IMG/VR virus record: IMGVR_UViG_3300017698_000036
Span: 74,657-138,656 of that record
Length of the DNA: 64,000 bases
Reading direction: 5' to 3' (one strand)
DNA from: a virus
Shown here piece by piece: positions 48,014 through 55,697 of this stretch; position 1 is the first letter of the stretch; each line of letters begins with the position of its first letter. The notes below the pieces were generated by a model. It was not told the origin of the DNA, did not search any database, and saw only the letters and a list, made by a program, of their open reading frames with translations. The translations under genes and the position numbers were made by a program.

Positions 48014-48040
48014 ATGGGGGGTTTGTCCCCCCATAATTCT
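48014..48040 (+). terminator. G6/C6 hairpin after paralog pair
   Basis: ATGGGGGG-TTTGT-CCCCCCAT; only a weak T tail. Confidence 0.55.
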
Positions 48041-48057
48041 ATCAAAGGAGTGATGTT

Positions 48058-48246
48058 ATGATTATATTTATAACATTGTTGGTTTTGTCTTTAGTGGCGA
48101 TTGGTATGCAGTATCTTAAACGATATATAAATAATGTAAGATACTATATGATTGCCGATTTGGTTGACGATGTAGTGTCCTGTTATATCGTAATCATCGT
48201 CTTCTTCTCTCTGTATGAACTAGTCCCACTATTCATTTTAAATTAA
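48058..48246 (+). CDS. Small two-TM membrane protein
   Basis: Two hydrophobic stretches; AAGGAG RBS. Confidence 0.5.
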   Translation: MIIFITLLVLSLVAIGMQYLKRYINNVRYYMIADLVDDVVSCYIVIIVFFSLYELVPLFILN

Positions 48247-48248
48247 AC

Positions 48249-48665
48249 GTGTTACAAGTTAATATAGAGGTGAATTACGATTCGGCCGACTTAGAGTATT
48301 ATGCTGATCGAGAATTGTGTCAGACGATCATATCAGAGGTGGTCAATGATTTCAAACTAGATCGAACCGTTACATTTTATGAGTTAAATCCCAATGAAGA
48401 ACATGGAATATCATTACGTAAGAATGAACAGTTGTTAGGCTTGTATATATCATATTGTTGGATTGATAGGATTAAAGTCTTAAAAGAGTCCGAAGGTTAT
48501 AACATAAACACTTTACTTCACGAATTGGCTCACATGTTACAGTATCAACATTACTGTGATGAGAGTGTGGGAACAAGTGCACACGGTTACTATTTCACAT
48601 TGGCCAAGAGAAGAATTCAAACTTGGTATAAACGAAACTATGGTGAATCTATAAGGGTTAGGTAG
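48249..48665 (+). CDS. SprT-like/zincin metalloprotease domain protein
   Basis: TLLHELAHMLQY...AHGYYF. Confidence 0.65.
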   Translation: MLQVNIEVNYDSADLEYYADRELCQTIISEVVNDFKLDRTVTFYELNPNEEHGISLRKNEQLLGLYISYCWIDRIKVLKESEGYNINTLLHELAHMLQYQHYCDESVGTSAHGYYFTLAKRRIQTWYKRNYGESIRVR

Positions 48666-48666
48666 T

Positions 48667-49092
48667 ATGGATATAAAGAGTAGAAAATTAAATAACAAAA
48701 ATAGGAATTATTTTAAGGTATATTTCATAGTAAATAAAAGATACAACCTGGTATGGCATGTTCGTCATGTAGAACGTTATGTGTCTGGATTTCGCAAGGG
48801 TCAAATTAAACTGAGAAAAGACATGATAAGTCTCACTAGAAACCAAGCTCAGGGGAAATTAAACCGTCTCTATTGGCGTAGTGATGATGAGCAGACATAT
48901 GAAGTAGGAATCAATCAAAAAGAGTTAGAGACTTACTACGGAGGTAAAACAGATTGTGATATAAAACTCAACCCTGATTCAATAAACAGTTACAAGGTCA
49001 CAGTATACCTTTCAGATTTAGAGATAGTAGAGCACTCTGTCGACGTTACACAGTTGATTGAAAAAGATTCTGAAATGTTTTCCTTATTTTAA
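48667..49092 (+). CDS. Hypothetical protein ending in FSLF-stop
   Basis: Last codons tcc tta ttt taa. Confidence 0.6.
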   Translation: MDIKSRKLNNKNRNYFKVYFIVNKRYNLVWHVRHVERYVSGFRKGQIKLRKDMISLTRNQAQGKLNRLYWRSDDEQTYEVGINQKELETYYGGKTDCDIKLNPDSINSYKVTVYLSDLEIVEHSVDVTQLIEKDSEMFSLF

Positions 49093-49097
49093 AACTC

Positions 49098-49126
49098 TTG
49101 ACAAGAGATTCAGTTTGAGGTATAAC
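49098..49126 (+). promoter_or_regulatory. sigma70-type early promoter
   Basis: TTGACA-17-TATAAC. Confidence 0.85.
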
Positions 49127-49150
49127 TAAATAAGAAAGGATAATTTCATT

Positions 49151-49441
49151 ATGTTAGTACCAACCAAGCATATATTCGATGAGTGTAGAGTTTATCCATG
49201 GGATGTATTGGAATGGATTGAAGAAGGTCAAACTGACTATATCGGTAGTTTAACTCTCAGAAATACCAATATAACCCATTTACCCAATAACATGACGGTC
49301 GATGGTTGGTTAGATCTCAGGGGTACCAACATGGTTCAACTGCCCGATTATCTATATGTTGGTGGCGGTTTGTTTCTCGGTGGTACAAATATAATTAACA
49401 TACCAGAAAGTGTATTTGTTGGTGGAGAGATATTCAGATGA
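49151..49441 (+). CDS. LRR-like repeat protein, family copy 8
   Basis: MLVPTKHIFDECRVYPWDVLEWIEEGQ; ends VFVGGEIFR with ATGA. Confidence 0.85.
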   Translation: MLVPTKHIFDECRVYPWDVLEWIEEGQTDYIGSLTLRNTNITHLPNNMTVDGWLDLRGTNMVQLPDYLYVGGGLFLGGTNIINIPESVFVGGEIFR

Positions 49442-49707
49442 CTTATAGCAGGGTAAAAACCTACATACTCATACTATTCGGTAAACCTACATTTGAAAAT
49501 CCGGATGAAGAAGGTGTAGAGTGTTACGAGTATATAATAGATAGACATATTAGGTTGTTCTTCTTCTTCGATCCAGATGACGTTAAATATTTATTACTTT
49601 CATCTTCTAGTGGATTCACGGAAGGTGTTGTGCGTGGTGAAGAGGACGTTAGGAGGGTGTTTGAATTACTCAAGGAGACACGTAAGGAGTATGAGACGTA
49701 TGAGTAG
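49438..49707 (+). CDS. Hypothetical protein
   Basis: Translationally coupled to LRR copy 8. Confidence 0.55.
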   Translation: MTYSRVKTYILILFGKPTFENPDEEGVECYEYIIDRHIRLFFFFDPDDVKYLLLSSSSGFTEGVVRGEEDVRRVFELLKETRKEYETYE

Positions 49708-49996
49708 ACTGTTGGTTGTGTTATTAATTGTTTTTATGGGATGTGACGACGGTAGTGTGAATGATGGTAAACAGACCAACAACACTACGATGGAGTCCGT
49801 CTGTGGAAATGGTATATTCGAGGGTCGTGAGGGTTATGAGATGGACGATGATGGTAACATAATATCGTACTATGGTAGTCCTGTAACCTGTGAAGATTTT
49901 GCATTTGATGGTGGGACATTAATATTGAGTGATGACTGTAGGGTTGACTTTACGGATTGTATATGTTTACCCGACAATCCTTACTGTAATGAATAA
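49700..49996 (+). CDS. Lipoprotein with myxobacterial-type cysteine-rich repeat
   Basis: MSRLLVVLLIVFMG-C lipobox; CGNGIFEGRE...TCEDFAFDGGTL-x4-DC-x2-DFTDC. Confidence 0.65.
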   Translation: MSRLLVVLLIVFMGCDDGSVNDGKQTNNTTMESVCGNGIFEGREGYEMDDDGNIISYYGSPVTCEDFAFDGGTLILSDDCRVDFTDCICLPDNPYCNE

Positions 49997-50013
49997 CGAA
50001 GGGAGATGGATAT

Positions 50014-50253
50014 ATGGTTGTAACTAAAGTACTTAAGGGCTCTACGGTGGAACTCCTCGAAACGGCCCTCAATGATTGGTTATTAAAGTATGAAGGTATA
50101 TATCACGATAATAATGTAGAGATAGTTATTACGGGTGATAGTGACACTAATGGTTGGACTGCACTGATCAAACTACAAAAGATAGACAAAACGGTAGTGG
50201 TGAAGAATGCATACGATGCAGGTACCAGGACCGACGGATTCAGGTTCAGTTAG
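50014..50253 (+). CDS. Hypothetical protein
   Basis: 79 aa; GGGAG RBS. Confidence 0.5.
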   Translation: MVVTKVLKGSTVELLETALNDWLLKYEGIYHDNNVEIVITGDSDTNGWTALIKLQKIDKTVVVKNAYDAGTRTDGFRFS

Positions 50254-50262
50254 GAGTTTATT

Positions 50263-50463
50263 ATGGAAGGAACATATGATGGAAAAGTAACCTATCGTGA
50301 CAAGGATGATATTTCTCTCTTTCTTCGGCATTGGGAGGGAGTTGATACGGTAAGTTGGACGGCCGACGGCAAGGTTAGAATTGTGGTAGATTCATCAATG
50401 ACTTCTACCGATAAGGCCCTGTGGCAAAAACGTCAATATTTTGCAAATAATCAGTTGTTTTAG
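50263..50463 (+). CDS. Small protein ending in NQLF-stop
   Basis: AGGAG RBS; last codons cag ttg ttt tag. Confidence 0.6.
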   Translation: MEGTYDGKVTYRDKDDISLFLRHWEGVDTVSWTADGKVRIVVDSSMTSTDKALWQKRQYFANNQLF

Positions 50464-50493
50464 TTGTGATTAAATAAAAAGATAAAAAAACAC

Positions 50494-50522
50494 TTGACTG
50501 ATGTAAAGTTTATCACTATATT
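50494..50522 (+). promoter_or_regulatory. sigma70-type promoter
   Basis: TTGACT-17-TATATT. Confidence 0.65.
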
Positions 50523-50572
50523 AAAGGTATGGGAATAAACCCATACTAACTTAGAATGGAAAGAGAGTTAAA

Positions 50573-50734
50573 ATGTCCAAGACTTACAGAAAACAAATTG
50601 GTAACAAGAAAATCAAAAGACAAGATAATAAAAAAGGTAGAAGACATAATGTGAAACAGAAACTTCACGATCTTGTCAACAGTGGAGAATGTACCAACTG
50701 TGATTTTGAAATTCCAGAAACTTGGGAAGGGTAA
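50573..50734 (+). CDS. 53-aa basic protein (not in ORF track)
   Basis: MSKTYRKQIGNKKIKRQDNKKGRRHNVKQKL...WEG-stop. Confidence 0.5.
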   Translation: MSKTYRKQIGNKKIKRQDNKKGRRHNVKQKLHDLVNSGECTNCDFEIPETWEG

Positions 50735-50739
50735 CTAAA

Positions 50740-51003
50740 ATGACCAAAGTTAAAACAGGACCTAATATTTTCTCTCAAATGGAATATGGTTTGGACTCTC
50801 CATCTGCTTTAAAAAGAAAGATTGACACATTGGCAGGTACCTTGGTCGAGAAAATGAACGAGGAGTTGGATACTGATAAGTTCAAAGATATGAACTCCGA
50901 CATGTTGCGACTTGTTAAAGAGGAGTTGGAGAAGGATATCAAAAAGGCTATTGATAGTGCTTTTAGTGAGTACATGAAAACTAAAAGTCATTCATTGTTT
51001 TAA
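50740..51003 (+). CDS. Small protein ending in HSLF-stop
   Basis: Last codons tca ttg ttt taa. Confidence 0.6.
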   Translation: MTKVKTGPNIFSQMEYGLDSPSALKRKIDTLAGTLVEKMNEELDTDKFKDMNSDMLRLVKEELEKDIKKAIDSAFSEYMKTKSHSLF

Positions 51004-51050
51004 GATATAAACTGACAACGGGATAATTATTATAACAGGAGACAGAAAAT

Positions 51051-51209
51051 ATGTCAGATTTTTTATATGAAATGGAAATTATAGATAAGAATGGTAATAA
51101 GATCTTACTTAAAACCAATGATAGAACAGAGTATCAACAGTGGTTAAAAGAGTACAAATCTTCACCATCACCTCAAAAAGAATCTAGAAAGGTTCTTCTC
51201 AAAGGTTAA
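51051..51209 (+). CDS. 52-aa protein (not in ORF track), possibly late
   Basis: AGGAG RBS, GATAATTA upstream; MSDFLYEME...KVLLKG-stop. Confidence 0.5.
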   Translation: MSDFLYEMEIIDKNGNKILLKTNDRTEYQQWLKEYKSSPSPQKESRKVLLKG

Positions 51210-51218
51210 TAAGTTCAA

Positions 51219-51482
51219 TTGTTGGTCCCGCCTGTCTTTATTACAAATCTTAAAAATATCAAAAATGTGGATGTTTGGAAACGTGAACTCGTAGAACAGT
51301 TCAAGTATTTGTTAATGACTGAAGATGGTACCATACTCGTTACTGAATTGTTGAAAGAGTTGAGTTTAACGGGTGTGGATGTGGAAGAGATAGTTGAAAT
51401 GATGTACAGTAAGGTTAACGATGGTAGGTACTCTCTGTTCTCCGAAGAGTATGTTGTAGAACTAGGAGAGGAAAGGTTTTAG
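51219..51482 (+). CDS. DG-SLFS motif protein 6
   Basis: NDGRYSLFSEEY followed by 9 more residues; TTG start uncertain. Confidence 0.5.
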   Translation: MLVPPVFITNLKNIKNVDVWKRELVEQFKYLLMTEDGTILVTELLKELSLTGVDVEEIVEMMYSKVNDGRYSLFSEEYVVELGEERF

Positions 51483-51487
51483 TTCAT

Positions 51488-51796
51488 ATGTATTTCAGTG
51501 TAGCAAAACAGTTTTCAATTTTTCCAGGAGCTAGATATAGAAAGACTTCCAATTGGAGCGCGCAAGAGTTATATGAAGATCATCTTGAAGTAATGTTAAA
51601 ACAGTCTGTTAAGTATAGTATCAAACTGCACTTTGACCTAGATGGTACCTGTGGATATGGTGTTAGTTTTTTACACCAACTGGCATTCCTGATAAAAACA
51701 AATATACCGGAATCAATTCCATTTATAAGGTTTATATCAAAAGAAGAACCATATTTGGTGGAAGAATTCATGGGATATATCGACTCAATTTATTAA
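51488..51796 (+). CDS. STAS-like (DUF4325-type) protein
   Basis: FSIFPGARY...LYEDHL...FDLDGTCGYGVSFL. Confidence 0.6.
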   Translation: MYFSVAKQFSIFPGARYRKTSNWSAQELYEDHLEVMLKQSVKYSIKLHFDLDGTCGYGVSFLHQLAFLIKTNIPESIPFIRFISKEEPYLVEEFMGYIDSIY

Positions 51797-51804
51797 ATTA
51801 ATCC

Positions 51805-51833
51805 TTGACAACTGAATAAAAATGGGGTATAAC
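51805..51833 (+). promoter_or_regulatory. sigma70-type early promoter (identical to 21606 copy)
   Basis: TTGACA-17-TATAAC. Confidence 0.9.
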
Positions 51834-51857
51834 TAAGTAAGAAAGGACAGATTTATA

Positions 51858-52154
51858 ATGTTAGTAACGACCAAACATATATTCGATGATTGTATACCTA
51901 GAGTCTATCCGTGGGACGTATTTGATTGGATTGAAGAGGGTCAAACTGAGTTCTATGGTAACTTAAGTTTTCACGAAAGTAGTATAACCCACCTACCCAA
52001 CAATATGAAGGTTGAAGGTTGGTTAGATCTCACTAATACCAATATAACTAAATTACCCGACAATCTGTACGTTGGCGGTAATTTATATATCGAAAGAACC
52101 AACATAACTAATTTACCCAACGATCTAAGACTTGTTGGGGGGGTAATAAGATGA
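51858..52154 (+). CDS. LRR-like repeat protein, family copy 9
   Basis: MLVTTKHIFDDCIPRVYPWDVFDWIEEGQ; ATGA overlap. Confidence 0.85.
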   Translation: MLVTTKHIFDDCIPRVYPWDVFDWIEEGQTEFYGNLSFHESSITHLPNNMKVEGWLDLTNTNITKLPDNLYVGGNLYIERTNITNLPNDLRLVGGVIR

Positions 52155-52492
52155 AAAAGATTGAAATCAAGGTAGGTCCATATCGTTACGGGCCCTTTGA
52201 GGTTTATTATAATAACATATCTAAATCATGCCGAGTCATTCCGATCGTTGCTAATAGTGCTCCGGCTGCAGACAGTGTCAGTTGTTTTTGTGATATGTTA
52301 CATAATGAATATTCTAAAACAAATCCTCTGGTGGCCACCCAGTCATGGGCCGCGGCATGGTGTGAGTTGGAAATGATAGAAATTCGCGATGATATACATG
52401 TAGGTTACCATCCAGAGCGGGAAGAGTATACATTTTACCCATTAGACCCAAAGAATGATGGAAGATTTTCTCTATTTTCAGAGTTTTATTAA
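52151..52492 (+). CDS. DG-SLFS family protein 7
   Basis: Ends PKNDGRFSLFSEFY. Confidence 0.65.
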   Translation: MKKIEIKVGPYRYGPFEVYYNNISKSCRVIPIVANSAPAADSVSCFCDMLHNEYSKTNPLVATQSWAAAWCELEMIEIRDDIHVGYHPEREEYTFYPLDPKNDGRFSLFSEFY

Positions 52493-52499
52493 AAAACAC

Positions 52500-52528
52500 T
52501 TGACATGTGATAAAATGTGTGGTATATT
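52500..52528 (+). promoter_or_regulatory. sigma70-type promoter
   Basis: TTGACA-17-TATATT with TGG before the -10. Confidence 0.8.
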
Positions 52529-52587
52529 AATATTAAGTAAGTTGATAAAAGATACAATATCCATTAACGAAAGAATTGGAGCTTATA

Positions 52588-54015
52588 ATGACAGAAAAGA
52601 ACGAAGAAACAAAAGATCTTACTGAACAAGAAGCCAAGGATATGATAGAAGATGCTATCAAGGAACAGATCAAGGCTATGAAGGAAAAGGAGAAAAAATA
52701 TCCTCCCGTAGATTGGGATACTGTCTTTTCTACTACCTTCACAGATGATGAGCACCTCTTTGATTATATTCTAGGACAGTTTAGAGTTGTTAAGTCGACC
52801 CAAGTACCCATTGCCGGTGTTACATACAGTCCTAGTTTGGAGAAGTTTGTATTACTTTATAACGATGTTAACATGAGAGAGATTCTCAAAGAAACTGGTA
52901 AGAGTAAGATTCGTGGCATTATTAAACATGAGATCTATCATGTCATGTTGGGTCATCTGTCTGATCGTAGACCAAAGAATACTAAGTTTGCCAAGATTTG
53001 GAACTACGCCACTGACTTGGCCATTAATACCAATATCCCATCAGATCAACTACCTGAGTTTTGTCTATTACCGGGAAAGGAACCATTTCAGGAATTCAAA
53101 TCCAACCAAACGGCCGAATACTATTTTCGTAAGATTATTGATGTCTACGGTGATATGTCCGAGGAAGAGTTGGAACAGATGCAATGTGGTGAAGGAGACG
53201 GGTTAATGCCTGGTAATCTCAAAGAGGCCACAATGGGCCATGATCAGTGGGAAAAGATGAACGGTGAGGGTAGTAATTTAACAGATGAAGAAAAGGCCTT
53301 CATGAGACAGCAGGCCGCACAGGCAGGTAAGGAACTGGTTGAGGCGGGACTTATTGAAGAGATGGATTCAGAGAAACGTCACAGTAGTAGATATGGTGGT
53401 AAGGTGCCTGGCAACATTCCCTATAATACATATAAGGAAATCTTGGAAGGTAACGATATCACTAAGTTCGGTATCAAAGAGTTGATCAATAAACTCTCTA
53501 CCAGTGCCATCGTCTCCAGGAAAAGAAAGTGTTCACGTAAGATTTACAATAAAAGAATGCCTTGTTTTTCCGGTGTGAGAAGAAGAGATAGAGTACCTCA
53601 TATCGTTATTGCCGTTGACCAGTCTGGTAGTGTAGATGATGACATGGTACATATGTTCTTCGAGGTATCAGCCAGGCTCAATAAGTACTTCAAAATTACC
53701 ATTCTACCTTTTGACACGAGGGTTAATGAGAACCATATTGTGACATTTGAAAAAGGTAAATTTAAAGGTAAACACGAAAGGACATGTTCCGGTGGTACTG
53801 AGTTTGATGCAGTGATTGAGTATACGAATAAGAAATATCCTAGAGGTAATGTTGATTTGATTATCGTAACAGACCTCGGTGATAGTTATCCTGATACTAG
53901 GTCTAAAAATCCAATTCACTGGGTTGCAAGTGATAGAGATATTGAAAATTCATATGATGAAAAGTTTTTAGATCATAGACTTGCAGACCTGTATGAAGTG
54001 TCTGGTACCGATTAG
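52588..54015 (+). CDS. Metallopeptidase-like (HExxH) plus VWA-like domain protein (MoxR partner)
   Basis: IIKHEIYHVMLGH, WNYATDLAIN, IAVDQSGSV (MIDAS), GGTEF, IIVTD. Confidence 0.85.
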   Translation: MTEKNEETKDLTEQEAKDMIEDAIKEQIKAMKEKEKKYPPVDWDTVFSTTFTDDEHLFDYILGQFRVVKSTQVPIAGVTYSPSLEKFVLLYNDVNMREILKETGKSKIRGIIKHEIYHVMLGHLSDRRPKNTKFAKIWNYATDLAINTNIPSDQLPEFCLLPGKEPFQEFKSNQTAEYYFRKIIDVYGDMSEEELEQMQCGEGDGLMPGNLKEATMGHDQWEKMNGEGSNLTDEEKAFMRQQAAQAGKELVEAGLIEEMDSEKRHSSRYGGKVPGNIPYNTYKEILEGNDITKFGIKELINKLSTSAIVSRKRKCSRKIYNKRMPCFSGVRRRDRVPHIVIAVDQSGSVDDDMVHMFFEVSARLNKYFKITILPFDTRVNENHIVTFEKGKFKGKHERTCSGGTEFDAVIEYTNKKYPRGNVDLIIVTDLGDSYPDTRSKNPIHWVASDRDIENSYDEKFLDHRLADLYEVSGTD

Positions 54016-54037
54016 TAAAAATAATTTAACTTTTCTC

Positions 54038-54066
54038 TTGACAAATGAATACTTTTTGAGTATAAC
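54038..54066 (+). promoter_or_regulatory. sigma70-type early promoter
   Basis: TTGACA-17-TATAAC. Confidence 0.85.
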
Positions 54067-54148
54067 TAAATAGTAAGACACAAAGACAATTTTTAATTAA
54101 CAACAATTTGAAACTTTTAACAATTTCAAAAGAATGGAGTTCAAAATA

Positions 54149-55255
54149 ATGAAAGTAACTTGTAACATTAAACAATTTTTAGAATTAGTACCCTACATCC
54201 TTAAGAATAAAACTTACGGTGGTAGACCTATTCCAGTTATGATTATTGGTAAACATGGTATTGGTAAGTCTGAAATCATTGCTCAGTTAGGTAAAGAGTT
54301 GGACATGCCAGTTGAGAATGTTAGAGCTGGTGAGTTAACAGAAGGTGACTTCTCCGGTATTCCCCAAGCTATCGAGGGAGAGTATGGCGGTCTTGTTACT
54401 ACATTTGCAGCCCCTGACATGATTCATCAGGCGTGTAATGTACCAACCATCTTCTTTTTAGATGAAATTAACCGTGGTACTCCTGAGGTTCAACAGGGTA
54501 TGTTCAAGTTGGCAGACTCTGGTAAGGTCGTAAATCATGAGTTCCACAAGGATACCATGTTGATCTCCGCCATGAACCCTTCCGGAGGAGACTATCAGGT
54601 ACATGAGATGGATCCTGCGGCCCTCGACAGATGGTATGTTATTAACCTTGTACCCACAGAAGAAGAGTGGTTGTCCTGGGCCCAGAAGAATAACATCAAT
54701 CCCATCGTTGTGAGTTACATCGAGGATCATCCTAAGTCACTTGACCCTCCCGACTCATTTGAAGTAGGTAAGACCTACCCTTCCAGACGTTCATGGACTA
54801 GAATGGGTAAGACCTTAACTGCCATGGAGGCCGGGATTGGAGCGGATGGTATCTCTCAATCAACACTACAACTTATCGCCTCTGGTTATGTGGGAGAGGC
54901 CCATGTGGTACCATTTGCCAAGTACTACAAGTCTCATGCCAAGGATAACGCATTCAAACGTTATCTCGAAAAGGGTAAGTTTGATGGTGACATCAAACTG
55001 GAAGATGCGATTGACGCACTTGAGATTCTTTCACAACGTAAGATCTTCAATAAGACCTTGGACAACAAAATGGCCAAGAATGTAATCAAATTCGCAACAC
55101 TCATCCCCAGAGAGTCACTTCAAACTCTCGCATGGGAACACATTCAGAGGGGTACTGTTCCCACAACTGAAAAATTGTTGGCCATGCCCGTTAATGATGG
55201 GTCTGGTATGACATTCGGTCAATTCATCCACAAAAATACTATCGATAACGACTAG
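54149..55255 (+). CDS. MoxR-like AAA+ ATPase
   Basis: GKHGIGKS (Walker A), FFLDEINRG (Walker B), SAMNP, MDPAALDRW, PSRRSW. Confidence 0.88.
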   Translation: MKVTCNIKQFLELVPYILKNKTYGGRPIPVMIIGKHGIGKSEIIAQLGKELDMPVENVRAGELTEGDFSGIPQAIEGEYGGLVTTFAAPDMIHQACNVPTIFFLDEINRGTPEVQQGMFKLADSGKVVNHEFHKDTMLISAMNPSGGDYQVHEMDPAALDRWYVINLVPTEEEWLSWAQKNNINPIVVSYIEDHPKSLDPPDSFEVGKTYPSRRSWTRMGKTLTAMEAGIGADGISQSTLQLIASGYVGEAHVVPFAKYYKSHAKDNAFKRYLEKGKFDGDIKLEDAIDALEILSQRKIFNKTLDNKMAKNVIKFATLIPRESLQTLAWEHIQRGTVPTTEKLLAMPVNDGSGMTFGQFIHKNTIDND

Positions 55256-55269
55256 GGGTTAGTTGGGAA

Positions 55270-55299
55270 GGTGGGAGCTTGTCTCCCACCATTTTTTTT
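55270..55299 (+). terminator. Intrinsic terminator
   Basis: GGTGGGAG-CTTGT-CTCCCACC followed by A and a T run. Confidence 0.88.
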
Positions 55300-55323
55300 G
55301 TCTATAAGAAGGATGATTTCGTC

Positions 55324-55674
55324 ATGTTAGTAACAACCAAACATATATTCGACGAACCCAAAATCTATCCATGGGACGTACTGTATTGGGTTGAAGAGGG
55401 TCAAACTGAGTACGATGAAGACCTGGATCTCGGTGACACCAACATAACTCACTTACCTGATAATATGACGGTCTATGGTTATTTAAATCTCTACAGTACC
55501 AATATAACTAAATTACCCGACAATCTACGAGTTGAGTATAGTTTGTTTCTTGGACATACCAATATAACTCAATTGTCCGACGATCTATATGTTGGTAGTA
55601 GTTTATTTCTCAGAGATACTAATATAGGCCAGGTTCCTGATACTGTAACCGTAAAAGGTACAGTCCATTGGTGA
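55324..55674 (+). CDS. LRR-like repeat protein, family copy 10
   Basis: MLVTTKHIFDEPKIYPWDVLYWVEEGQ; ends VTVKGTVHW, like copy 1 (VVIKGTIW). Confidence 0.85.
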   Translation: MLVTTKHIFDEPKIYPWDVLYWVEEGQTEYDEDLDLGDTNITHLPDNMTVYGYLNLYSTNITKLPDNLRVEYSLFLGHTNITQLSDDLYVGSSLFLRDTNIGQVPDTVTVKGTVHW

Positions 55675-55697
55675 TCGTGCCTAAAGGAGAGGAGAGC

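Noticed and set aside
10171-55674. LRR-like family as diversity-generating retroelement targets or a CRISPR-like array
   Set aside because: No reverse transcriptase in the window, no template/variable repeat pair evident, and the repeats are coding 60 bp units without spacers.
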